DNA from: Paenibacillus naphthalenovorans
Lineage (GTDB): Bacteria > Bacillota > Bacilli > Paenibacillales > NBRC-103111
NCBI RefSeq assembly: GCF_900099895.1
Contig: NZ_FNDY01000009.1
Coordinates: 12,025-44,024 of the forward strand
Direction: 5' to 3'
DNA length: 32,000 bases
Each line of letters opens with the position of its first letter. Position 1 is the stretch's first letter. The notes beneath the pieces were generated by a model, which was given only the letters and a program-made list of their open reading frames with translations, did no database searches and was not told where the DNA came from. The translations under genes and the position numbers were made by a program. Below, one piece after another: positions 7,571 through 16,089 of the stretch.

Positions 7571-9536
7571 ACCGGTTCACCTCTCCTTCCCTGTTTCTCC
7601 AAGCCTGCTCCGTCATTTCAATTTCTTCCTTATGCACGTGATAACCGTCGTCGTAGTCGAAAGAGCGGACGATCATTCCGACAATAATGCCTACAGCCGC
7701 AACTGCCGCCGCCATGTGCCATTCGAATACCAGAAAGAATCCGGTAATGCCGAACACCACGCACATGATAAACGGAAGTCCCGTATTGCTGGGCATATGA
7801 ATCTCTTCAATATCCTCTTTTTTAAGTGTCAGGCCTACGTTGTTCTTTTTCATATGCCAGAAGGCATCCTGTGTCGTTACTTCCGGAAGCTTGGTGAAAT
7901 TATAATGCTGAACCGGCGAAGCGGTAGCCCACTCCAGCGTTCTCGCATCCCACGGGTCACTGGATACGTTGCGGTCCGCATAGCGAATACTCCAGTAAAT
8001 GTTATAACAAAAGACGGCAAAACCTATCGCCAGGATCACGGAGCCGATCGCCGACACCAGGAACAGCGGAGCGAAGCCCGATTCCGCCGAGTAAGTGTAA
8101 GCCCGTCTTACCGCACCGTCCAAACCAAGGAAGAACATCGGAAAGAACGTAATATTGAAGCCGATGACAAACAGCCAGAAGTGCCATTTGCCGATTTTTT
8201 CATTCAGCATGTGACCGAACATTTTGGGCCACCAGTAGTATAGGCCGGCAAATACGGCAAATACTACACCTGGAATCAGAACGTAATGGAAATGCGCGAC
8301 CAGAAAAAGCGTATTATGATACTGATAGTCGGCCGCACCCATGCCCAGCATCACGCCTGTGACCCCGCCGATCACAAAGCAGGGCACAAAAGCCAGCGCC
8401 CACAGCATCGCGGTCGTCATTTTGATGCGGCCTTTGCGCATCGTAAACAACCAGTTAAACATTTTGACGCCTGTCGGAACGGCAATCAGCATCGTCGTAA
8501 TCGAGAAGAACGAGTTGACCAACGCTCCCGCGCCCATGGTGTAAAAGTGGTGCACCCACACGACCATACTGAGAATGGCAATCCCCAGAATGGAAAATAC
8601 CATCGATTTATAGCCATAAAGCGTTTTGCGGGAGAAGGTCGCAATGACTTCGGAGAAGATTCCGAACGCCGGGAGTATGACAATATATACTTCCGGGTGA
8701 GCCCAAAGCCAGAACAGGTTCGCCCACAGCATATCCAGACCGCCGCCGGATAAGGTAAAGAAATGGGTGCCGTACAACCGGTCGAACGTCATCAGGGCAA
8801 GCGCCACCGTAAAGATCGGAAAGGCAGCCACAATGATCACGGATGTGATTAATGTCGTCCAGGTGAACATCGGCATTTTCATTAAAGTCATGCCTTTGGT
8901 TCTCATTTTGAGAATGGTGACGATAAAATTGATCCCTGTCATCAGCGTGCCGATCCCTGCGATCTGCAGAGCAATGGCATAATAGTTGTTGCCTATGCCG
9001 GGACTGAATTCTTTACCCGCAAGGGGGAAGTAGGAAGTCCATCCCGCATCGGGAGATCCGCCGATTACAAACGAGATGTTAAACAGCATCGCACCGCTGA
9101 AGAACAGCCAGAAGCTCCAGGCGTTCAATTGCGGGAAAGCCACATCCCTCGCTCCGATTTGCAGAGGAATAATGACGTTCATCAATCCGATCAGGAACGG
9201 CATCGCCATGAACAGAATCATAATCACGCCGTGCGTCGTAAAAATTTCGTTGTAATGCTGAGCGTTCAAAAACTGCAATTCCGGCCTGGACGTTTGCGCC
9301 TTCATTAACAAGCCGTCCATGCCTCCGCGGAAAAACATCAGAACAGCGGAGATGATATACATAATTCCGATCCGTTTATGGTCGACGGTGGTCAGCCATT
9401 CCTTCCACAGCCATCTCCACCTTTTGAGATAAGTCAGTGTTGCGACAATCCCGATTATGGTCAAAAGAATGGCAATCTGAGAACCTAGAATTAACGGATC
9501 CCCCGTTATAAAAAACTCATCCCATTTAATGCCCAT
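7560..9536 (-). CDS. qoxB: Cytochrome aa3 quinol oxidase subunit I
   Basis: A heme-copper oxidase subunit I. KWDEFFITGDPLILG...DHKRIGIMY matches the B. subtilis QoxB N-terminus. The preferred start is ATG 9536, 6 nt after GGAGGTG. The track start at 9545 is a GTG inside that Shine-Dalgarno. Confidence 0.95.
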   Translation of the reverse strand: MGIKWDEFFITGDPLILGSQIAILLTIIGIVATLTYLKRWRWLWKEWLTTVDHKRIGIMYIISAVLMFFRGGMDGLLMKAQTSRPELQFLNAQHYNEIFTTHGVIMILFMAMPFLIGLMNVIIPLQIGARDVAFPQLNAWSFWLFFSGAMLFNISFVIGGSPDAGWTSYFPLAGKEFSPGIGNNYYAIALQIAGIGTLMTGINFIVTILKMRTKGMTLMKMPMFTWTTLITSVIIVAAFPIFTVALALMTFDRLYGTHFFTLSGGGLDMLWANLFWLWAHPEVYIVILPAFGIFSEVIATFSRKTLYGYKSMVFSILGIAILSMVVWVHHFYTMGAGALVNSFFSITTMLIAVPTGVKMFNWLFTMRKGRIKMTTAMLWALAFVPCFVIGGVTGVMLGMGAADYQYHNTLFLVAHFHYVLIPGVVFAVFAGLYYWWPKMFGHMLNEKIGKWHFWLFVIGFNITFFPMFFLGLDGAVRRAYTYSAESGFAPLFLVSAIGSVILAIGFAVFCYNIYWSIRYADRNVSSDPWDARTLEWATASPVQHYNFTKLPEVTTQDAFWHMKKNNVGLTLKKEDIEEIHMPSNTGLPFIMCVVFGITGFFLVFEWHMAAAVAAVGIIVGMIVRSFDYDDGYHVHKEEIEMTEQAWRNREGEVNRYVG

Positions 9537-10569
9537 GATGCCCACCTCCGTCGGTGTTACTCTGTTCTTTCTGCTCTACAGGACTGGTTTCTTTGTTCCC
9601 GGGATTACCTTTGTTCCCGGTGTTATCTATGTTCCCTGCGTTCCCTTTGCCTTTGTTCTGATAATTATCTTCTTCCTCAAACACTTTGCCCTGATAACCG
9701 TGATACCTGTACAGCTCAGGATGGGTGTACGTCAAGGAATCGGGCTCCGCATGGTTAACCCATTCCAGATGCGTATTGGAAAAAGTCAATCGTCCCAAAT
9801 GAGTCGGTCTCAACAGCTCTTCATATTTTTCTTCCGTCAGCTTCGGAGCGGTATTGGCGACATCCTTTACCCATTGGTCAAAATCCTCTTGGGTTTGAGC
9901 CAACACCTCAAATTCCATATCCGCATATCCCCGGCCGTTGAAGTTGGTGTTCCGGCCTAAATACGAACCGGGATGATCCGCGACAAGATACAATTGCGTC
10001 TGCATTTTGCCCATCGTATATTTTTGTCCGCCTAAAGCCGGAACCCAGAAAGACTGCATGGTGCTGGCCGACGTTAATTTAAACAAAATAGGCGTATCCT
10101 CCGGTATATTGACATAGTTGACGGTCTCGATCCCCTGCTCCGGATAGCTGAAGATCCATTTCCAATCCGCCGAAGTGACATGAATCGTAATCGGCTTTTT
10201 TTCCTCATAGCCCTTGGGGACTTCCTCCAAATCATACAGCGTTGTTACCGTAGGGATCGTCAAGGCGACAACGATGAGGATCGGAATCGCGGTCCAAATG
10301 ACCTCCAGCAGCGTACTGCCGTGCTCCTCCGGCGGCTCATAATCTTTATTTTCAGGCCTCTCGCGATATTTCCACACAATATAACCGAACAGCCCGAACA
10401 CGACAACAACGACAAGCAGCATCCAAATCAATGACCAGTTAATCAGCTCCATAATGCTTCTGGCCACAGGTCCCTGGGGTTGAAAAACAACCAGATTCGG
10501 TTCGCAGCCGCTTAGCAGCACAACCAAAATGATTGCCAGTGGAGAAAATAGCAGCTTGCGGTAATTCAT
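9526..10569 (-). CDS. qoxA: Cytochrome aa3 quinol oxidase subunit II (lipoprotein) with a low-complexity C-terminal tail
   Basis: The signal ends in the lipobox LLSGC, followed by two TM helices. The cupredoxin-like domain has no CuA Cys pair, which indicates a quinol oxidase rather than a cytochrome c oxidase. First gene of the qoxABCD order. Confidence 0.9.
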   Translation of the reverse strand: MNYRKLLFSPLAIILVVLLSGCEPNLVVFQPQGPVARSIMELINWSLIWMLLVVVVVFGLFGYIVWKYRERPENKDYEPPEEHGSTLLEVIWTAIPILIVVALTIPTVTTLYDLEEVPKGYEEKKPITIHVTSADWKWIFSYPEQGIETVNYVNIPEDTPILFKLTSASTMQSFWVPALGGQKYTMGKMQTQLYLVADHPGSYLGRNTNFNGRGYADMEFEVLAQTQEDFDQWVKDVANTAPKLTEEKYEELLRPTHLGRLTFSNTHLEWVNHAEPDSLTYTHPELYRYHGYQGKVFEEEDNYQNKGKGNAGNIDNTGNKGNPGNKETSPVEQKEQSNTDGGGHHGH

Positions 10570-10598
10570 GGTGGCTCATCTCCTTTCAGAAACAGAGA

Positions 10599-10647
10599 TT
10601 GCGAAAAATTTCACAATCTGTTCAAAATCTTTGTGATTCATTTCACT
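10599..10647 (-). promoter_or_regulatory. Two Rex/Crp-Fnr-type inverted repeats in the qox leader
   Basis: Plus strand 10599-10616 reads TTGCGAAAAATTTCACAA, a 17/18 match to TTGTGAA-N4-TTCACAA. Nt 10630-10647 read TTGTGATTCATTTCACTT, a weaker match that also fits TGTGA-N6-TCAC. A possible extended -10 element (TGCTATGAT on the minus strand, 10658-10666) lies just upstream. Confidence 0.4.
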
Positions 10648-10800
10648 TGATAACTAGATCATAGCACGGCTTTTTCAAGGAAAGTGTTACAGATCGGTTA
10701 AAACTGTGACAAATCCGGGAATTCACTTGTTTCATAAAAATTCTGAAGGGAGCCAAACCGATCGAGAAAATGCCGTGTTCATGCGGATCGCCAAAACGGC

Positions 10801-10824
10801 AAAAAGACATCCTCTCAGGGATGC
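10801..10824 (-). terminator. Intrinsic terminator downstream of the AI-2E transporter gene
   Basis: The minus-strand RNA reads GCAUCCCUGAGAGGAUGUC followed by UUUUU. It lies about 25 nt after the stop at 10846. Confidence 0.5.
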
Positions 10825-10845
10825 CTTTATTCTCAAATAGCCATA

Positions 10846-11985
10846 TTAATCTACAGGTGTATATAACCCGGATCGTTCCTTCATCCATTCGAACAAGTGA
10901 GAAACAATGACTTTCAATACGGCATAGCCGGGAACGGCCAAGATCACGCCAAGCACTCCGAATAAGTTGCCTGCCGTTAAAATAACAAAAATGATCGTAA
11001 TCGGATGAATCTGCAGCGTTTTGCCCATAATTTGCGGCGAGATGAATTTGCCTTCAATTAACTGAACAATGGTCCAGATCACGATCATTTTCAGCAGCAT
11101 GACCGGTGAAGTCACCGTGGCCACGATCAGAGCCGGTGTGATGGCAATCGCCGGACCCAAATAAGGTACGATACTCGTACAGGCCGCTACGATCGCCAGG
11201 ACAAGGGAATATTCCAAACCGATAATGCGGTAGCCCACGTATAATAAGAAGCCGATGCAGCAGCTGACGATGATCTGTCCCCGGATATAAGAACTGATCT
11301 GATTATTCATCTCGATCATCACCCGGTGCGTTTCATCGCGAAGCGCTGTAGGTATGAAGCCCAAAATATATTGTGGGAGCTTTCGTCCGTCCTTCAGCAG
11401 ATAAAACAATATAAACGGTACGATAATGACAGCCAGAATGGTTTCCGTTACAGCCCCCACAAAGCTTCCGATACTCGCTCCCGCACGATTCACAATTGCG
11501 GAAACTCTGGATGACAGGCCGTTCATCCAGTCGGTTGAGCTCGTACCCAGCGTTTGCTGAAGCTGATTGAAAATCGGACTGCCTATGAGCTGCCTGAACC
11601 TGGTTTCGAACTCTTTGCTGTATCTGGGGATGTTATCCATCAGCCCGAGTACTTGTTCGCGGATAAGCGGTACAACCGTCACCAGGAGCAGGGTAATCCC
11701 ACAAATAATGACCAGATACAGAAGGAAGATCGCATAAACCCGTTTGATCCTCTTTCTCTCCATCCAATTGACAATAGGATTGAGTAAATAAAAGGCGATT
11801 CCTGTGAGGAGAAGCGGAAGCAGCACGGTCTTGACCAGCACAACGAGAGGCGCGAATACGTAAGGGATTTTGTTTAGTACCAAAATGTTTAAGCCGATCA
11901 AAAGCAAGATCATTAAAAACAAGACGAATTTATTATTTAGAAAGAAACGTCTAAACGTATTCGTCCTATAACGCGGATCCCCCAT
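10846..11985 (-). CDS. AI-2E family transporter (PerM/YtvI-like permease)
   Basis: A 379-aa polytopic membrane protein with a typical AI-2E C-terminal region ([16 protein letters not shown]...). AGGAGGA lies 9 nt upstream of the ATG. Confidence 0.85.
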   Translation of the reverse strand: MGDPRYRTNTFRRFFLNNKFVLFLMILLLIGLNILVLNKIPYVFAPLVVLVKTVLLPLLLTGIAFYLLNPIVNWMERKRIKRVYAIFLLYLVIICGITLLLVTVVPLIREQVLGLMDNIPRYSKEFETRFRQLIGSPIFNQLQQTLGTSSTDWMNGLSSRVSAIVNRAGASIGSFVGAVTETILAVIIVPFILFYLLKDGRKLPQYILGFIPTALRDETHRVMIEMNNQISSYIRGQIIVSCCIGFLLYVGYRIIGLEYSLVLAIVAACTSIVPYLGPAIAITPALIVATVTSPVMLLKMIVIWTIVQLIEGKFISPQIMGKTLQIHPITIIFVILTAGNLFGVLGVILAVPGYAVLKVIVSHLFEWMKERSGLYTPVD

Positions 11986-12123
11986 GCGGTTTAATCCTCC
12001 TGACTATTCGGCAATGGTTAACTGCGGCATTCACTTTCTACATAGAATAACTTTTATTTGAGGAAAGAACAAGCGACAATTCACAAGAGCCGGAAAGCAG
12101 CATGAAATGTGCATAACTTCCAT

Positions 12124-12206
12124 TGTGGATATGTTAGTATGTTTCAAAAAACGAACCACAGCCTCTATAGATAAGATGTTAATTTTGTGGATAAGCCTGT
12201 GGATAA
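12124..12206 (+). promoter_or_regulatory. DnaA-box cluster (two perfect boxes and one 8/9 box, all in the same orientation)
   Basis: TGTGGATAA, the complement of TTATCCACA, occurs at 12186-12194 and 12198-12206. TGTGGATAT occurs at 12124-12132. Confidence 0.5.
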
Positions 12207-12384
12207 TGCAGCTTAAAACCCGTTATTTCTCCATAAAACAAACAGACCGCCCCAAAAGGGACGGCCTCGACAGCTATCATTTTAGACCAATGGGTTTATA
12301 TGCTCACGACCGGGCCTGATCCGATGATTCCATCGGCTGCCGGATCAATCGAGCGGTTTGGTTGGGCATTTGGGCATCGCCTGA

Positions 12385-13629
12385 TTACCCCGACTTCCTC
12401 TCGATTTTCCATTTCCATTTATCGAGGGTCATCGCGGAACCCGACATGGAAGGAACCATATGAAAGCGAACGGCCAGCATAGTCCCGAACACAATCAAAA
12501 TCATGCCCGTCGCGACAAAAATCCAATGAATATTAACGAACATCCCCATGCCGCCTCCAAGCAGCGGTCCGATCATCGATCCCAATTGATTCGCGCTCTG
12601 GGTAAAACCGAACGACCTTCCACGAAAGTCCGGGTCCGTACTGCGAACAGCAAGAGTATTGACCGAAGGCACCACCGCAGCGATAAATAAGCCGAACAGG
12701 AACTGAATAACCGTAAAAAGCCATAACTGCTGGACGAAATATTGCAGGCAGACGACCCCGCCTCCGATAATCAAGCCCAGATGCAGCACCGTCCGGTAGC
12801 CGTATTTCTCTCCAACCTTCCCCCAATACGGTGAAGCGATAATACCTGCAATCCCAATAAGAGAAAAAATAATGCCGGAGGTCAGTACGGTGCCTTGCAA
12901 GTTGCCTTGAAGATCGGCAATATGAAGCGCCAGCATAGGCTGGATCATATTGATGCATAACTGAAAAACGACAAGCACGGACAACAATTGAAGAAATGTG
13001 CGGTTGCGCACAGCCATTCTGAAGCTGTCGGCCAGTTTGACACTTTCACCGGGAGCCGCTTTGCCTGTTTCCTTTATCCAGATGAGCACCGCTACCGTTG
13101 CGAGGAAGATGATGGAGGCGGAAACGACAAATGACATCCGCATTCCAAACCAGTTGGCAAGCAGCCCGCCGAACAAGGGACCGATAATCCCTCCCGTCAT
13201 CGTTCCCGCCTGCATCAAACCAAGAGAGAAGCCCATCTTGTTCTCCGGAACGCTTGAAGCTACGATAGCCATGGAAGCCGGGACGAACCCTCCCACAAAA
13301 CCGTGTAATAAACGGGCTCCCATAAGCTCCCATGGATTGGTTACGAGCGCGAACAGCGCATAAACGATTGCAAGAGAGAAGCCTGCCCGTATGACCATTC
13401 GCCGTTTTCCGTATTTATCCGCCATGGAGCCCCAGAACGGAGCCATGACCGCACCTACCAGGAACGATGATGAATAGATCACACCGGCCCACAAATGAAC
13501 ATTGCCCTGCTCCACACCCAAATCAAACAGAAACAAAGGCAGGAACGGCACCGCCATCGTATAGCTGGAACTGCAAAAAAGCACTCCTATCCACAAAATG
13601 ATTAACGTTCGTTTCCATGATTCCAACAT
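12385..13629 (-). CDS. MFS transporter (DHA1-like 12-TM efflux-type permease)
   Basis: A 414-aa protein of 12-TM type. It carries the MFS loop motif GSMADKYGKRRM between TM2 and TM3. Confidence 0.85.
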   Translation of the reverse strand: MLESWKRTLIILWIGVLFCSSSYTMAVPFLPLFLFDLGVEQGNVHLWAGVIYSSSFLVGAVMAPFWGSMADKYGKRRMVIRAGFSLAIVYALFALVTNPWELMGARLLHGFVGGFVPASMAIVASSVPENKMGFSLGLMQAGTMTGGIIGPLFGGLLANWFGMRMSFVVSASIIFLATVAVLIWIKETGKAAPGESVKLADSFRMAVRNRTFLQLLSVLVVFQLCINMIQPMLALHIADLQGNLQGTVLTSGIIFSLIGIAGIIASPYWGKVGEKYGYRTVLHLGLIIGGGVVCLQYFVQQLWLFTVIQFLFGLFIAAVVPSVNTLAVRSTDPDFRGRSFGFTQSANQLGSMIGPLLGGGMGMFVNIHWIFVATGMILIVFGTMLAVRFHMVPSMSGSAMTLDKWKWKIERKSG

Positions 13630-13852
13630 ACTTCACTTCCGATTTTATAAATTGATGGACTATAATGCAAAACCCAAACCAACAGATCCAGCGATGGTTT
13701 TTGGAACTGGATCAGTATATTCCCCTCTATATTTCTATATCTTTTCAAAAGAAATTGCGTTTCTATAGTTTATGCTAACTCGAACTGTAAAAAGAAGCCA
13801 TGGATATCCTTACTATGAATCATGGACAATATTACTTTTTGTAGGTAAATGC

Positions 13853-13899
13853 AAAAAAACCGAAAGAGACCACCTTTATCCAGGTGTTTCATCTTTCGG
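13853..13899 (-). terminator. Intrinsic terminator downstream of the YeeE-family gene
   Basis: The minus strand has a CCGAAAGA...TCTTTCGG stem (8 bp plus inner pairs) followed by TTTTTTT. Confidence 0.6.
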
Positions 13900-14040
13900 C
13901 TCATCAGAAATTCGTTGATGTATTTTTTTCAACCCCTTCGGAAAGTATAAAAACAGCACTTGAGGAATACGCCGCTTTTCGGGCATATTGCTAAAATAAG
14001 GTCAGGCCTGGTGAACGCTCCGTCAAATTACGCTCCAGCC

Positions 14041-15261
14041 TCACTCATTTTTGCCAAATGCGCAAACCGGACGCAGTTTCACGCCTATGACACTGCCGAG
14101 CATGGCGCCAATCATCCACTCCCAGCCATGCAGGCTGAAGGAAGCAATTCCTCCGAAATAGGCTCCAATATTGCAGCCGAACGCGATCCGCGCCCCATAC
14201 CCCATCATAATACCGCCGATCAATAAACCTGCAATCATTCGCGGAGGAATGTTTCGGAGAAACCGATTTGGTTTGCCGCTTAGACCCAGGGCAAGCAAAG
14301 CGCCCAGCATGAGTCCAATATCCATTACGGACGTCACATCTTTGAATATACTACTGTTCAATGCCGCAGCATTGGCCGGGGTCTGCCAGTAGCCCCAATC
14401 CGTAACCTGAATACCCAGCGCCTGCGATATTTTGGCTCCCCACAAAGCAAAAGCCGATGTCACACCCCAGGGCTTGCCGGAAATATACAGCACGACGGCG
14501 TTTCCGACCGCAAGCACAACGCTCCCGATAATCAAAGGCCAAGGCCCTCTATAGACCGTCTTCCATCCGCTTTTCCAATCCAGGCGAAGCGATTCTACAT
14601 TTCCATTCCGGCGTCTCTCAATATAGATCGTTGCCATAAATACAAACGCAAGCAGCGCTAAATTCAGTAAAAAGCCTCCAAGGGCGCCGAATGTTTCAAT
14701 GAAAGACACAGGACCGATATTCGGAGTAGCCATCCACCATGTGAAATGAGCACTGCCTATGACCGATCCGGCCACAAAGCCGATTAAGGTCAAAATACCG
14801 CGGGAGTCTCCTCCGCCTATGTGGTAGAGTGTGCCTGATGCACATCCATCCCCCATTTGCATCCCTATGCCAAAGATAAAAGCGCCGATCAAAACGGACA
14901 TGCCAACAGGAGATACATATCCCGCAACCGGATTGTCAGTCACCCCCAACAGCAGCGGCAGGAACAAAAGATTTGCAATGAAAAACAAAATCATCTGGGC
15001 CCGGATTCCAAGTCCGCGACCCGAGACAAGAAAAATGCGAAATGAGCTTGTAAAACCATAGTGGGCATGATACAAAGCCAATCCCAACACGCCTGCAATT
15101 AAATATAATGAAGCCTGCTTATAGGAAACCGTACTGCCAAGAAATACGAATCCAAGCGCGAACAGCATCAAGGCAATCATCGTGATCCGACGATTCACGC
15201 CTGGTTTTTCTATCTTGCCAGCTGGATTAAGGTTTATAATATTTGCTTCTGACGTACTCAT
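14041..15261 (-). CDS. YeeE/YedE family sulfur-compound (thiosulfate-type) transporter
   Basis: A 406-aa polytopic protein with duplicated halves. Each half carries the family's conserved Cys loop (MQMGDGCASGT and RIAFGCNIGA). Confidence 0.85.
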   Translation of the reverse strand: MSTSEANIINLNPAGKIEKPGVNRRITMIALMLFALGFVFLGSTVSYKQASLYLIAGVLGLALYHAHYGFTSSFRIFLVSGRGLGIRAQMILFFIANLLFLPLLLGVTDNPVAGYVSPVGMSVLIGAFIFGIGMQMGDGCASGTLYHIGGGDSRGILTLIGFVAGSVIGSAHFTWWMATPNIGPVSFIETFGALGGFLLNLALLAFVFMATIYIERRRNGNVESLRLDWKSGWKTVYRGPWPLIIGSVVLAVGNAVVLYISGKPWGVTSAFALWGAKISQALGIQVTDWGYWQTPANAAALNSSIFKDVTSVMDIGLMLGALLALGLSGKPNRFLRNIPPRMIAGLLIGGIMMGYGARIAFGCNIGAYFGGIASFSLHGWEWMIGAMLGSVIGVKLRPVCAFGKNE

Positions 15262-15266
15262 CTGTC

Positions 15267-15298
15267 ATTCCCTCCTGTAATGATTCCCTCCTGTAATG
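15267..15298 (-). repeat. Perfect tandem duplication (2 x 16 nt) that includes the yeeE-family Shine-Dalgarno
   Basis: ATTCCCTCCTGTAATG occurs at 15267-15282 and again at 15283-15298. On the minus strand this gives two copies of CATTACAGGAGGGAAT. Confidence 0.9.
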
Positions 15299-15307
15299 TA
15301 GTATTTT

Positions 15308-15337
15308 ATACTATCACTATCCGATCGGATTTGTAAA
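15308..15337 (-). promoter_or_regulatory. Candidate sigma-A promoter with a 12-bp perfect palindrome in the spacer
   Basis: On the minus strand, TTTACA (15337-15332) is followed by an 18-nt spacer and TAGTAT (15313-15308). The spacer contains ATCCGATCGGAT (15319-15330). Confidence 0.35.
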
Positions 15338-15379
15338 CTTTTTAAACGGCAATTCCATATTTTGATTAAACTCCAAATG

Positions 15380-15423
15380 AAAAAAGCTCAAGCTCCTCAT
15401 CCAAGAAGTGCTTAAGCTTTTTT
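15380..15423 (-). terminator. Bidirectional-looking intrinsic terminator ending the fmd/ami transcription unit
   Basis: AAAAAA-GCTCAAGC-16 nt loop-GCTTAAGC-TTTTTT. The 8-bp stem has one mismatch, with an A-tract on one side and a T-tract on the other. Confidence 0.65.
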
Positions 15424-15553
15424 ATGCTCGTCTTTTAAGAAAAACCCGGCTGCCTTCCCTTATCTAAACTGCATTGGGAGAGAGGGGCATGGGTTCCAGC
15501 CGCTAAGCCGCTTACAGATCACGACCCTCGGTTCGAGCCGCACACTGGCCACT

Positions 15554-15677
15554 GCGCTGAAAATCAACCTTACAAGTGGCCATTTTACTTTGCTGCTGGC
15601 TGTTACACTGAAATTCAACTTATCAGCCGACGATTTTACTTTTTCGCTCTCTGCTGCGCTGATTTTCAACTTTACAG
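15554..15677. repeat. Degenerate tandem repeat, 51-nt period, about 2.4 copies
   Basis: The cores are GCGCTGAAAATCAACCTTACAAG (15554), CACTGAAATTCAACTTATCAG (15606) and GCGCTGATTTTCAACTTTACAG (15656). The CTG positions are 15557, 15608 and 15659. A second shared block, ATTTTACTTT, occurs at about 15582 and 15633. Confidence 0.7.
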
Positions 15678-15681
15678 CACG

Positions 15682-15984
15682 TTAATGTCCCGCCATCCAG
15701 GGACGGTTTGCTGTGTGATGATGGCCTCCTTGGCGATGCGGGGAATGATTGTGGCTGTGTCCATGGTGATGAGCGGCCTGTTCCCGCCTGACCACCTTCG
15801 GTACTGCGCTTTGTTCCACACGGCGGCGCAGCGCATAAGGCGTCAGAATAACACCGGGCGGCGTATACATCCGATTGGCTGGATTGTCGCAGGTGACACA
15901 AGGAATACTTTCCTTGACGCTGCTCATGCTCATCCACTGTACGAACGGTCCACAGTTTTGACATACAAACTCATATTGCGGCAT
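15682..15984 (-). CDS. fmdB: FmdB-family zinc-ribbon protein with a His-rich C-terminal tail
   Basis: MPQYEFVCQNCGPF...IPCVTCDNP gives a CxxC...CxxC zinc ribbon typical of the FmdB family. The tail reads AAHHHGHSHNHSPHRQGGHHH. The gene lies downstream of the formamidase gene, as in fmdA-fmdB clusters. Confidence 0.75.
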   Translation of the reverse strand: MPQYEFVCQNCGPFVQWMSMSSVKESIPCVTCDNPANRMYTPPGVILTPYALRRRVEQSAVPKVVRREQAAHHHGHSHNHSPHRQGGHHHTANRPWMAGH

Positions 15985-16089
15985 ATCGTCATCTCCTCTT
16001 CAGCCTGTTCATCGGTGGAGCCAAGGGGCTACCCATCGGATGGTGCCCCGCGCATTCACGATTGGTTTTGCTTTCCTCCTACAACCTTA

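Noticed and set aside
7551-8753. Plus-strand ORFs of 230 aa and 155 aa, rich in His and Arg
   Set aside because: They are antisense to the highly conserved qoxB gene and are shadow ORFs.
10643-10888. An 81-aa minus-strand ORF
   Set aside because: It overlaps the AI-2E gene end, that gene's terminator and the qox promoter region. I see no Shine-Dalgarno sequence or family resemblance.
12107-12319. A 70-aa plus-strand ORF covering the DnaA boxes, and the cluster as a possible oriC
   Set aside because: The ORF has no Shine-Dalgarno sequence and an odd composition. For oriC, there is no dnaA, dnaN or rpmH nearby, no AT-rich unwinding element is evident, and only three boxes are present.
15525-15545. 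GGTTCGAGCC, a word resembling a tRNA T-arm
   Set aside because: There are no flanking complementary stems, no acceptor arm and no anticodon arm, so this is not a tRNA.
15460-15669. A 69-aa minus-strand ORF
   Set aside because: It lies entirely in the repeat/3' UTR region and has no Shine-Dalgarno sequence. Its repetitive peptide sequence is dictated by the DNA repeat.
15554-15677. The tandem repeat as a possible CRISPR array
   Set aside because: There are only ~2.4 degenerate copies with no unique spacers of uniform length. There are no cas genes in the window, and the repeat overlaps a 3' UTR.
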